NCBI GenBank assembly: GCA_001244265.2
Contig: CDLV01000010.1
Location: 124,001-188,000, forward strand
Length of the DNA stretch: 64,000 nt
From: Microbotryum violaceum
Lineage: Eukaryota
Direction: 5' to 3'
Shown: positions 11,967 to 27,077 of the stretch, piece by piece
Layout: each line of letters begins with the position of its first letter
Position numbering within the stretch: the first letter of the stretch is position 1
Notes under the pieces: generated by a model
The model's database searches: none
Told to the model about the DNA's origin: nothing
The model's input: the letters and a program-made list of their open reading frames with translations, nothing else
Position numbers and translations under genes: made by a program

Positions 11967-14900
11967 ATGTCCTTGCGCAGGTCCACCAGGCGCCACCAGC
12001 ACCCCGATTCCGAACCCGATTCCCATTCCTCACCCTCGGCCACAGCCGCTACATCGTTCTTCGACGCTCCTCGCGACCAAGAAGAAGTAGCTTTGACGGA
12101 CCCCACTACGACGACGACGACGACTACTACTCGATCGGCAAGGTGAGCCCTTTCCTTCCTAGCATTATCGTCAGCACCAGCCGCCAAGCGCACACCCCCT
12201 CGTCACCCCCTCGTCACCGTCGGCCTCAAACCGGTCAGCTGTCACCGGTTCGGCTTCGGTCTGCCCAAGCTCCTCTGTGGCGCCGCGACGGAAGAATACG
12301 GGCATGGCCGGAGCTCGAGGTCTGCTGTGAGCTTCCAGCGCTTTTTCACTGGCCAAAGTGGAAATGACCGCGGATGGTGTTCCAGCCGAGGCGCACGCCC
12401 CCTACGCGCGTCATCATCGAAGGGGTCCTTCCTACTCAAAACCCCAGCCATCATATGCACCATCGCACACGACACAAAGCAGCTTGCTACTCTAGGTACA
12501 CGCGACTGACATCGATCAACCTCACAGGTCTAAACGGTCTGTACATACCCAGTCGTCAATTTTAGCTTCATCTGTCGCTTCCCACAACGACTCGGCCTCG
12601 TCCTCGTCCGCACCGACGACCGAGGAGTCCCGCAGTACGACCACAGCGACCACCACGTCCCAAGCTTCGATCGTCGACGGCCCCTCCGCCAAAGCTCTTG
12701 GAAAACGTCGAGCCGTATCACCCCCTCTTGCCGTCGAAGCCGATCCAACCGCCACTGTCAAGACTCGCGCTCATAGCTCAAAGAGGCGCAAGGTCCACAA
12801 CCTTAGCAGCAGTCCCACCTCGAAAAATTCTACGAAAGGTAGGGCCGTCAAGGTTGCTTCAACAAAGTCCGAAAAGAAGGCTCTTCGCCGTTCTCGACGC
12901 TCGTTGACGAACACCGCGATCAAAGTCGGTGACACCGAGGAGATGTCACGCAAGGGATCGCGCGCCACTCGAGCCGCCAAAGCCAAAGCCCGCGCCGTTG
13001 AGAACGACGACGAAGATATTCTCGGTATGGATGACGTTGACATGGCGATCGATTATGATGAAGAGGAAGGGGATGAAACTGTTGTGGGGAGCTCGACGTC
13101 GCCTTCGTCTTCGAGTCGGAGGAAGAAGGAGGCCATGAAGGCGAGTACGTCCGCAGGATCGTCGTCAAGTAAACGATGGGGTGGGCCGCAGATGGGTAGA
13201 CAGGCGAGCGGGACGGGCAAGTCGACCTTGTCAAAGGCCGAGCTTTTGCCCAAGACATCGGTCAAGGGTCCGCAAAAGGGCTCGATGGGCGCGCAAGAGG
13301 CTACGATCACCGTTGATCCTGTTGATTCGCTCGAGGATGATCCCCATGGACAGGAGGTTGATGAGGAAGACGATGACGACGACGATGGTGATGGCGAGGA
13401 GGATTCTGAAGACGATGATGCAGAAGAGGACGATGGCGACCAATACGACGACGACGACCTTGATGAGGAAGAGATCGATGACTACGAGACCACGCTCGGT
13501 GCCGACGGTAGGGTCTTTGACGAGGAAGGCTACAGTTCGGGAGGCCGGGAATCGGAACTCCACGACCCACCACAGACGTTCGATGCCGATGGGTCCCCCC
13601 TCGACGAAGCTGGATCGGCGCTCGAACGTGCTGCTGCCGAAGCGGCGGCGGCGACGGCCGATGCGGTCTTTTTCGGCGGTATAGGCGGTGCGTTCCGGGC
13701 GCAAATGGCTGAAGCGAGTACACGGATGAAGCGCCTCTTGGGCAGTCTCAAGTCCAAGAAAGGCGACACTGACGCCAAGATCATGGCGCTGCAAGAACTC
13801 GCGGAGCTGCTCAGCATCTCGACCGAGGACACGTTGGCGGGTGGTTATTTCCAGACGGAGCAATTCGTCAAGGAGCTCGTGAGCATCTTGCGTGGGAACT
13901 CGAACGGCGGTCGATCGAGCTCGAGCGGTCTCGGTGCCGGTGGTATGACGATGGAAGAGATGATTGCGTTTGGGATCGACCCGAGCGAATCGATGGGAGC
14001 TGGTGGCAATGGTGGCGACACGACCGAGAACGACGTGCAAATGATGCTTCTCGCTTGCCGCTGCCTCGCCAACTTGATGGAGGCGTTGCCCGGGAGCTCG
14101 CATTCGGTCGTCTACGCCGGTGCGGTCCCCGTGCTTTGCTCAAAACTGAAAGAGATCCAGTTCATCGAGTTGGCCGAGCAAACGTTGAGCACGCTCGAGA
14201 AGATCTCGGAGGAGATGCCATCGTCGATCGTTCGGGAAGGGGGTCTCGCGGCGCTGCTCAATTTCCTCGACTTCTTCTCGTTCCACGTCCAGCGCACGGC
14301 CGTCACCGCCGCAGCGAACTGTTGTCGTTCCGTGTCGCTGGAGTCATTCTCGATGGTCAAGGACGTGATGCCCATCTTCAAGCAGACGCTCGGGTACCCT
14401 GACCAACGTCTCGTCGAACAATCGTGCCTCGCCGTCGTGAGGATCGTCGAGTCGTATCGCTACTACCCCGAGAAACTTGAGGACTTGCTCTCGGCCGATC
14501 TCTTGTCCGCCGTGCGCGTCTTGCTCAACCCGGATTGCACAACCGTCGGTGCCGGGACGTACACGCAAACGCTCAAGATGCTCGCTACGGCCGCCAAGGC
14601 TAGCCCCGGTGTCGCAGCGACGCTCGTCGACCTCGACCTCGGTCAAACGATCTACCATCTCTTGACTGGCGTTGCCGCCCCCGAGTTCACCAACGATGAA
14701 GGCGTCCAAGTCCTCTCCAAGGCCAAAGCGGCAGAGGACGATATGCTCGTGATGCAGAACCTTGTACAGCGACCGAAGGAACAGATCCAAGAAACGCTCA
14801 ATCTTGTTTGCGAGCTATTGCCCCCGTTGCCCAAGGATGGTATCTTTGATCCCAAGGCGTACACGCAAAAGAACTCGTCGTCGAGGTCCAAGGCGAAGCA

Positions 14901-17900
14901 GAGGAATGTGGTGGAACGTGCGGCTTCGTCGTCGAGTTTGGTCGATGTCAAGATGGAGGCGGTGGATGATGATGCGACGTTGTCCTCCGCGGCTGCCTCT
15001 ACGTCGGCACCGTCTTCGTCGCGGTTGTCAGCAAGTACTTCTATGTCGTCGTCGGGCAAACACGCCGTCCCCAAAGACGCCAACACCGTACAACGCCTCG
15101 AGAGCATCAAAGACCCGGCCCGCCAACTCGTCCTGCGGCGCTTCTATGCTTTGCTCCTGCCAATCCTCGTCGATGTTTGCGCTGCGAGCGTCAATCCTCA
15201 GGTTCGGACCAAGGCTGTACTGGGGTTGTGCAAGATTATTCATTTTTGTGATACGGAGAACCTGGCGGAGATCCTGCATGTGAGTGGTGGGCATTTTGGA
15301 ATGGCCTGGCCAAACGTAGCGAACTGATGCTGAGCATGACCTTGAATCTCCACTGCAGAACGTCTCGATGGCCTCGTTCCTCGCTGCGATCCTCTCGTCA
15401 CGCGATCAGACACCTTTGCGCTTACTGGCCCTGCAGCTCGTCGACTTGTTGCTCGTCAAGATGCCAGACGCGTACCAGTACTTTTTCCGGCGCGAAGGGG
15501 TCATGCACGAGCTCGAACAGATCGCCGCCTCGCCCATCCTTGTACCGCCAAAGTCGAAGCATGCCTCACCAGCACGTCCCCCCAAGGAGGAACCTGGTGT
15601 CAGTTCATCGAGTAATGCTCCTTCGGCTCTATCGCGCGCTTTGGCCCAGCACGCTTCCTCGCCCAGCGCTGCGTCGACAACACCGGTCGGATCGACACCT
15701 ACCAGTCTGCTTTCTACGGCGGAGATGCAAGGACATGATCTGATCACTTACCGAGCTCGGCACCTGCGAAATGAGTATGGTAGCACCGAGTCTGAATCCG
15801 CCGTGCGAGCTCAACAGGCGCTGGAGAACTTGAGGTTGCTCGTCAAAGAACTGGATGCATTCACAGCCTCGTCGTCTTCGGGATCGCCTTCACGTACGTC
15901 GCCCAGGTCGGTGTCGAAGCATGAGGCGGAAATTACTCGCGTCTTGTCCCGCGTCGCAAGTCATTTCGCCGATGAACTCACAGCGCTATCAAGTTTCGAA
16001 CTACAAGAAAGCGGCCTCGTCGAAGGTTTACTCCGCTTTGCCACCGCCGAAACAGGTATCGTGGACAAGCGTCGTCGACACGACTTGTTCGTCGATGCGT
16101 TCGTCAGGTCCGATGTCGAGACACCGGCTTTTGCGTTGCTCGTTAAGCGCTTGCAGGAGACTTTGAGTCGGATGGAAGAGTTTGAGGTCCTTTTGGCGAG
16201 CTCGAATGCGACGGATGGTGAGTGTGAGCATACCGTTTCGTGGAAACTGTCGAACCGTACTCTCGTGCTGATTTTGGGTGATCTACGCACAGCCGAATCG
16301 CGGCGCAGCGGTCCTGCCATGCTGGCGCGGCAACTCAAGCTTCGCCTCGTCGCCGAAGATGGCTCGGACCTGCCAAGATCATGCAGCAACATCGTCGTCT
16401 CGATTCACGCGATCGCGACCTTCCAAGCCTTCAACGACTACTTGCGGCCTCGCATCGTCGCTGCGACGACACTCTCGGACCGACTTGGTCTTGCTAACGC
16501 AAGCACCAGTGCACCTGCATCTGGAGCGGGTACGGGGAATGGCGCGAATAGGCTCAGTGGCTTCCTTGCGGCTTTCGCTGCTGCAAATGGGATCTCTCCG
16601 CCGCCTTCTCCTGTCCCGGCTGCTTCGACGTCGCAGTCCACCAGTGCGATGGCCAGCGGGTCAGCGAACCAGCTCTCATCCAGTCTCGGCAACAACGCTT
16701 CAGCTTCGACTTCGACGAACAATCCTCTCGCGGGGTCGGCGAATGCCGTCTCTACACCCAAGACGCCCAAGTCTAAGGCTACGGAACCGTCGATCGGACG
16801 TCGTCGAAGTCGAAGATTGAGCGGTAAGGGCGTCGACACGAGCGAGGCTGCGGCTGGCGAAGCGGGTGATCAAGAGATGCGCGATGCGTCCAAGGACGAT
16901 GAGTTGTGCCTCGATAATCCGTCTGCGGAGGGTGCAGAGGAACATGCGGAACAGGAGAAAGAGCCTGACCACGATGATGATGAGGATGAGGAGGACGATG
17001 AAGATAATGACGAGGATGAGCAAGCAGCCTTCCCCGACGAGCTCGACCCCGTTGCTGCCCCACGCGACGAACGACCGGTCAACCTAGAAGTCGCCGACGA
17101 TGGGTCCAAGGTCATCGCCAAGACGGCAGACGGTACGCGGGTGGGCACCCCGACGCTGGGCAACTCGGCCAGCACGCCAAGGGCGACCCCGACGACATCG
17201 CAGGCTCCCAAGCCCCGTGCTTCGTACGCCGCCGCCGTCAAGTCCGAACCGACCGATTTCCATCTCGTCTTCTCCGTCGGTGGTCGCGATGTTGGCCACG
17301 ATACGACCGTCTTTGGTGCGATCCATGCGCTCCAGATTGCCAACTCGGGTACAGCATCGTCTGAAGTGCCCCGCAACCTGTGGCACGCGATCCATGAGGT
17401 GCGCTTCCGCCGCGTTGCTGGCCCACCTCGCCCCGAAGCGACGCTGCAGTCGCTCGCTCAGCAATCCTTCACCCACGATTCGATCATGACGGACATGCCC
17501 GCGTCAATTCCGAGCCAGAGTCGACAGGCCAAGATCCTGCAGTTGCTCTGGGTCTTGCACCAGCTCAACTCGGACTGCTTCGAGACGGTCGAGGACGGTC
17601 GATCGGCGTTGCCCGAAGCGGCCTTCGTGAACAACAAGCTCACAGCCAAGCTCAATCGACAACTTGAGGAACCAATGATTGTCGCTTCGGCTTGTCTTCC
17701 GGCCTGGGCAACGGATCTGCCGCAGGCGTTCCCGTTCTTGTTCCCTTTTGACACACGTTTCGTCTTTCTCCAATCGACGGCGTTCGGCTATGCTCGACTG
17801 GTACAGAAATGGGTCGTCCAAGCTCGTTCCGATTCATCGAGAAGGGACGAGAACCTCGGTCTACTCGCTCGCGTTAATCGACAAAAAGTACGCATTGCGC

Positions 17901-19209
17901 GTGATCGTGTCTTGGAATCGACGCACAAGGTCTTTGAGCTATACGGCTCCTCGCGCGCCGCTCTCGAAGTCGAGTTCTTTGATGAAGTCGGTAGCGGTTT
18001 AGGTCCGACACTCGAATTCTACGCCCTTGCTTCCAAGGAATTTGCGCGCAAGAATTTGCGTCTCTGGCGCGACAATGACGGTCATGACGATGCGAGCTCG
18101 ACCTACGTCCACAGCCCGACGGGCCTGTTCCCTCGTCCGATCAAGAACACGACTTCGGATTCGAACGCCAAGGTATTGAAGCATTTCCGCGTGTTGGGTC
18201 AATTCGTTGCCAAAGCCATGATGGATTCGCGTATCATCGACGTGCATTTCAGTCGGTCGTTCATGAAGCTGGTGCTCGATCAGGAGTTGCCGCTAGCGAT
18301 TGCGAGTGTCAAGGTGAGTGATTGGGGTCTTGAAAGTGCCCTCATTGTGCAGTGTGCTGATGTATTTAACTTCCCATTCGCTCGGTTTTCTGCAGTCCAT
18401 CGACCGGGGTCTCGCCAAATCACTCTCGATCCTGCAAGACTTTGTCGACGTGAGACGAGCGATCCTCGACGACGACACCAAGTCCGAGGTTGAGCAACAA
18501 TCCGCGATCGAAGCGATTAATGTACATGGTAGCTCGATCGCCGATCTCGCACTCGACTTTACGTTGCCTGGCTACGACATTGCTCTCAAACCCGAAGGGG
18601 ATTCGATCTCGGTTACGGCCGACAACGTCGAGGAGTACATCTCCCTCGTACTGGACTGGACGCTCCGCCGCGGAGTCGCCTCCCAAGTCTCGGAATTTCA
18701 AACCGGTTTCTCCGCCGTCTTCCCCGTCCGGGATATGCAATCTTTCACACCTAGCGAACTGGTGATGATGACCAGCGCCTTGCAAGAGGATTGGTCGATC
18801 GAGGGCTTGACGAGCGCGACCAAGGCCGATCATGGGTTCACGATGGACAGTCGACCTGTGAGGGATTTGTTATCGATCATGTCGGAGTTGTCCTTGGAGG
18901 ACAGGAGGGAGTTTTTGTCGTTCATCACTGGGTCGTGAGTCTTCTCTATTCGCCTTCGTTTGGTTTACGCGATGATTGACTGACCCCTGCCATCCCTACT
19001 CTCTCAGACCTCGTCTACCCATCGGAGGCTTCGCCGCCTTGTCCCCAACCTTGACAATCGTCCGCAAAGACGGCGGTGACCCCTCATTGCCCAGTGTCAT
19101 GACCTGCGTCAACTACTTCAAGTTGCCCGACTACACCTCGCGCCAGATCGTCAAGGAGAGGATCATGACCGCCATTCGAGAGGGTGGGGGAGGGTTCCAC
19201 CTCTCGTGA
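11967..19209 (+). CDS. UFD4: HECT E3 ubiquitin ligase, UFD4/TRIP12 family, multi-exon
   Basis: ARM region ([54 protein letters not shown]), [41 protein letters not shown] and the catalytic C-terminus [16 protein letters not shown]...FHLS-stop. The 5' exons are tentative. Confidence 0.95.
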
Positions 19210-19654
19210 GAGCACGGAGGGATCGGGATACATTTCGTTCGCTTTGCTTTCTATATACACCTTCCGCATTTCTTCTTTCATTTCAGGCTTTTTTCCTCCT
19301 TTCTGTTTCAATTCTCTGTGTTCTGCTTCTATCGTCTTCGTTTTCGCATAGTTACTTTCCATTGTCGGTTCCTGCTCTTTTGACGCTTCCAATTTTTCTG
19401 CTCGGCCCTGACGTTCGTCCGGTTCGGACAGTTATGGCAATTGTAGCTTGTGTTTACCTCGTAGATTGCTTTATGCGCCGGTATTGTGACTGGAGGTAGT
19501 GAGATCCGTCCGAGACGGGTTGGGCGAACGAAGTGCCATCTGCGCACGGTTTGATTACCTGATGAAGCGTCGTCATGCAGCGATGCTCTCCTTCCATCCG
19601 AGCCTAATGGAATGGCTGCGACTTGATTTATAACTTGGGGGAATCGCGGCGAAC

Positions 19655-19783
19655 GGACCTCCATGTGAGGGGGTGCGAGAGCCTCCCACGGGCCTTGCCT
19701 AGCACAACTGAGAAATGCTCTCCTCTCCTTGGAATGGAGTGTGCCTTTTGATAATCATACTTCTCCCTCTTTCCTTTATACAA
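19655..19783. repeat. Dispersed repeat, copy B, left half (split by the Helitron)
   Basis: Reverse complement aligns to about 11408-11540. Similarity stops at the Helitron boundary. Confidence 0.7.
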
Positions 19784-22206
19784 CCAGTGGGAACCCGTTA
19801 AATTAACGGAGGATGAAATTCAAAAAATAGCAGGATAATCGAACAGTCTACATGATATTAGCGCAGAGGTTAAACACGAAGTACAGCAAAGAAACAAAAT
19901 CTATTCATCTTACATTCATCGTCGAAACAGCCTGCGTGTCGCTTGTTGCCGGACTTGGCTTCAAACACTCGTGCGATGAGATCCGGACGGTTGCATGCGC
20001 TATCGGCCCCAGTGCAGCCTTGGTTTCCGGTGAGTCGGGGTCGTACGTCATCGTGATCAGCAGCGGAGGTTTTTCCTCTTTGACAACACACGCCATCGCA
20101 TCCTGGTATCGCTGCGTGATGTCGCGATTTGGTTCGGGGTCAAGCCGTTGATGCCTTGGGTCGTGGTGAGGCGTAGGTTCTCTTGATGCAATCGGATGTG
20201 TTGAGTCGATCGGTCTCGACTTGGGAGGATATCCGTAAATCACAAACTCCAGGATGGGACGTTGGGTGCAATGCGGGATTGAGAAGTACTCGTCGCGTTT
20301 GGCAAGTAGTGCGCAAAGAATGGTGAACGCGAGACTCGCCACCTCGACCCCTTTACTTGACCTTCGTCCTAGCTGTTCAAAAGTACAATGTCAGTCTGTG
20401 CTTGCGCCTTAGACAGAATGGAACATCAGAGAAAGAGCTGAAGAAGCGTACGTTCGCCATCACCATCCTCTTCGTCCCCTTCCTCGCCGTCTTCATCCTC
20501 ATCGTCGCGGTCTTCGTCCTCCTCTTCGCCTCCGTCATCAAGACTGAGACCCGCAAGTACCTCGCGCGGTTGGACACCATTGTCGATCTGCTCTCGGTTT
20601 CTGGTGATTGGCAGCCCAGCTTGGCGAAACCCGCAAAGAGAAATGTTGGGGTGGAAGCCATCTTCCCCTGCAGGAAATAGTAGTGGCTACCGGAGAGGCA
20701 ACGCAGACGGATGGAGCGAGCTGATGACTTGGTACTTGGGGCCGACCATCGGGACATCGATCACCGTGCACCTGGAGAATACGGTCTTGAGGTCCACGAT
20801 CTCCCATGTTGGTGTCGGAATCGCAGATAAGCATCGCCATTTCCGTGCTCGACGTAGGAAGGTTGTGGGTGCGTCGGTCTCGGCCTGGACGGAGGCAGAG
20901 GCGCAGGATCCACTCTTTGGCCGTATCCCAACCTGCGCGAGGTTTGGCCGATGCGAACTCCCTCACAAAGTGATTCTTGGTACGCAACATGGACTCGAGC
21001 TTGGTCAAAGTAGATCGTTGCATGTGACTGTCTGCGCCGTCGGGTTCAAGTCGAGTGTCGGTGGCCTCGGCCGGGTTGATCAGCCAGCCATGTTTGAGCA
21101 AAGGCTGGGCATTGATTCACGGCAGGGATCAGGGCGCCGAGTCGATGGTAGAGGCGACCAAACACGCGAAACACGGGGGTCCTAGTTCCCAGTGCCGAGC
21201 CTTGCAGTGGGTGCACACGGCCGTCTGCGGGCCGAGGTCGTCGCGGATCGAAACGTGGGCTTGAGGGGTTTGAGCGCGATTCGAGCCCGGCGCACTCGCC
21301 ATTGCGGAGGTGGTGGTGGGGCGAGCCCAGCGTCGAGTTGGCCATCGCGCTGACCACGCTGTCCGTTCTGCACAGCTGCACGGCGGGCTCGTATACGTGT
21401 CGCAATGCCAAGATCGGTTGACTTGTTGTCATGACGCGCGGGGGCTGATTCTGTTGATCGGTGCGGGACGAAGAGGAGGGTCGAGCCGCGGGCGCCCAGC
21501 AGCGGGCGCTCGAGCTGGCCCATAGTACGGCGCTATCCTCGCGCCCAAGACTTGGCGAGGTTGCGATGGCCCTCCCTGGCGACCTTAGGACCGGGGCATA
21601 GTAGCGAAGGTTTGTTCTTGAATGAGTGTCACTAAAATTGGATGAGAGTGGGAGGGAGAAAGGAAAGGTTCGAGGGAGTGGCGCAGGATTATTTGCGTGG
21701 TTTGATTTGTTGTTCAGCCCCTAATGCCGCTGGTCGAATGCCATACGGGCAAATTGGTTGTTCAGCCCCTAATGCCGCTGGTCGACTGCCGGAATGACAC
21801 TCCACCGCCGGCGCACCGCATCACGTGACAAACGCCAGCCCTCGCCTCGCACGTCAGGCAGAGCTCTGCTGTAGAAACAATATCATGCAAAGCCACGCGC
21901 TTGCGGTTCATTAAATGCAATATGAGTGGAAGCATTGTTTTATGTGAGCGAAAAAAAGAAGAAAAATACTGGGAGCGCTGTAGCTTCGTTGGAACGGCGC
22001 GGAAAATACAAAAGTCACCACAGGGCTTGTACATGACTTCTGATCGGAACCCCGACACCACAGGCAGGTGCGGCAGACACAACAGTATGCTGGTACATCC
22101 ACCACAGGCGGCCCGGAGGGCCGCAACCTAGTTAAAAACAGCGATTTTAGGTACATTCCTTAACTCACACTTTTTTTTTACTAGTTAGGGTAACTAGTTA
22201 GGGTAA
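19784..22206 (-). mobile_element. Internally deleted, degenerate Helitron (N-terminal region and start of Rep; helicase absent)
   Basis: Frameshifted Helitron motifs: GRLYHRLGALIP..PAFAQ, THNLPTSSTEMAMLI, SSLHPSALPLR.PLLFPAGEDGFHPNI, RYQDAMACVVKEEKPPLLITMTYDPDSPE and NRPDLIARVFEAK. The 3' end has hairpin ccgttaaattaacgg (19795-19809) then CTGG on the minus strand (19787-19784). Boundaries coincide with a break in repeat copy B. Confidence 0.88.
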
Positions 22207-22340
22207 CTTGGACGACCTAGACAATCCGCAAGGAACCCGAACCCATCAACAGTTGGTAGTCTTTTACAGCAATTCTCGCGAGCCTTGAAGTATCAAGCCC
22301 TGACATACCCCAACTTTATCATCCCCAGCTCCTCCCCAGT
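22207..22340. repeat. Dispersed repeat, copy B, right half
   Basis: agacaatccgcaaggaacccgaac and gtcttttacagcaattctcgcga match the reverse complement of about 11340-11397. Confidence 0.65.
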
Positions 22341-22890
22341 TGATCCTGACTTGGATCTCCAAGGAGCCGCCCCCGACTCCCAGCCGACTAGCGCCCGACA
22401 CGGAGGCAAGTCCCTGCTGACTAAAGGTCGGATCGATGAAAAAATCCGACAGCGTGCCGCCTGACCGACTCGATCGCCCGACGCGGTCCTTGATCGATGA
22501 ACGATTGCGCCGGTGCCTCCGCTCGCCTCCGCGCGCCTCCACATTTCATTTATCCGACGTGCAAGATTCACCCGACGATCCTTCAACGATAACCGACCAA
22601 GGTCATCGCGCATGCTGTCTAGAGGGGCCTGAGCTCGCCTGAGCGCGGGCTTGGCTTTTTGGGGGTCGATTTTCGTGGTCTAAAAAAAGAAGGGGCAAGA
22701 ACCATGTTCGTCCTCGGTGTGGCTATGTGACTACGGTGACAAAAGACGTGCGCGCTCAAGCCTTTTCTGAGCTCGGCTCGCTTGACGCGGCGTCCGTTTG
22801 GTTCCCCGTCGAGCTCGCTCCCGACGCTCGCGGCTCTTGGCTTTCCTCCGCCTACTCGCTGCAAGCACAACGCACACAACTCGCACGAAC

Positions 22891-25491
<2,601 letters not shown>

Positions 25492-26319
25492 ACGTGAGGC
25501 GAATTCGTTCTTGGACATAGATAGTTCCTCTCTTTTTCGTACATGTCTCTCTCTTCTTTGTTCAGAGTCTCAATTCAGGAACAGAAGCATCCTATCGTAG
25601 AGCTCCTCGTCAATTCATTTTCTCTCTTTGTCTAGTATCGTTTTTTTGTCTTGGATCTAGTAAATACAACAACGAAAAAGGCGGCCGAAATACCTCATGA
25701 TGTGGAAAAAGAAAACCCCCCGAGAGCTGCTTGTGTACGAAACCCTCCGGTGTGGCTCCAAGTCGGAGTTTTTCGAACGATCGCGGGAGGAAGGTGAGAG
25801 GAAACCCGGGTCGCGGTGTGATATTCTGAGCGACAGCGCTAGAAAAGAAATAGAAAGAGAGGAAACGGGAAAAGGGGGGGCTGAACGGGGCATTCACGCA
25901 TTCTTGAGCGTCGTTCCATCCCAAGCAGGTAACAGTCAAGAGGCAAAGAAAGAGGGGGATGCGCAACCTTCCACTACGCAACGAATTTTGAGACGGGCCG
26001 ATCGCTCGAAAGAACTGTCGAGGGGAGAAAATGCAGAGGGAAGGAAAGAAAAAGGTAGGAAGGAATCAACTCGGCGTTCACAGATCCCGATCTCAATCCT
26101 CGGAAACAGAGCCCGCCCGGGAGATAACAATCTCGCTCGGGCGCTCTAAATGCACTCGGACTGGAGAGAGGGGTCACGATACCGTCCTTCTGAAGCCACT
26201 AATGAACGCGCCAGCGGAGCAGGTACAACCGCCGAAAATCGATCGCACAGGCCAATCGAACCCACAACCACTCCGATGTCTCTCTCACGACCTTGCGAAA
26301 GGGGGAGCCCCATGGTCAG

Positions 26320-26367
26320 CTATTTTTGGGTGGACCTATTCTTGGGTGGGCCTATTCTTGGGTGGAC
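26320..26367. repeat. Tandem repeat, 3 x 16 bp (ctattYttgggtggRc)
   Basis: Read directly from the sequence. Confidence 0.85.
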
Positions 26368-27077
26368 GTCGATGGCGGGATCCCGATGCCGAGCTTGTCG
26401 AACAGCATGCGCAGCACCCGGCCCCAGAAGCTGACCGAGTCGGCGCACTCAGAAAATTGTATAGGTAGGTGGCTCGAAGACATTTTTAGTTTTGGTCTGC
26501 ACTGATGCAATCGTCAATACTGTGCAACTGGCTAAATCCCGCTCGGACCCGAACGTTGCCACGCATTTTGGTATTTTAGTCCGAGTGCTCCTGTCAGAGC
26601 TAGTCTAAGGGCACTCAATTAGGCCCGGACGTCCAGACAACGAGTTCAGACATATCCAAGCTCGACTCCCTGGACAACTCGCGCTTACCCAGAATGTGGA
26701 AAAGCTTTACACTGTCCCCTTCCTACAGCAATGCCGTGACCAGTGGAACGCATCTTGGATGCTCGATTTAGGTTGGTGATTGGTGCTTAGAACGGTAGGT
26801 GCCCGGAGGGAAAGAAGCGGAAGTACCGTACATGCGTATTGCGCAGCCCCTTTCCGCAAACGCGAGTATTTTGAATCTAGCGCTGATTCCGGGGTTTTGA
26901 ATCTAGCTCTGACTCTGGGGCAGATTTTGGCCGCACCTCTAGAGACGGCCCGTGAGACTAATTTACTGTAATCGACGTGTAAACACCCAGTAGGTCACCA
27001 CTCTCTCGCTTCGCTTCCTAATCCCCTCATCTACGGCTCTCGGCGGTTCTGATTTTACACCCAGATCGACGATCTCA

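Noticed and set aside
13231..18833. Many long antisense or alternative-frame ORFs over UFD4 (and likewise over the Sec7, P450 and SEC6 genes)
   Set aside because: Shadow ORFs expected from GC-rich codon bias; they carry no independent motifs.
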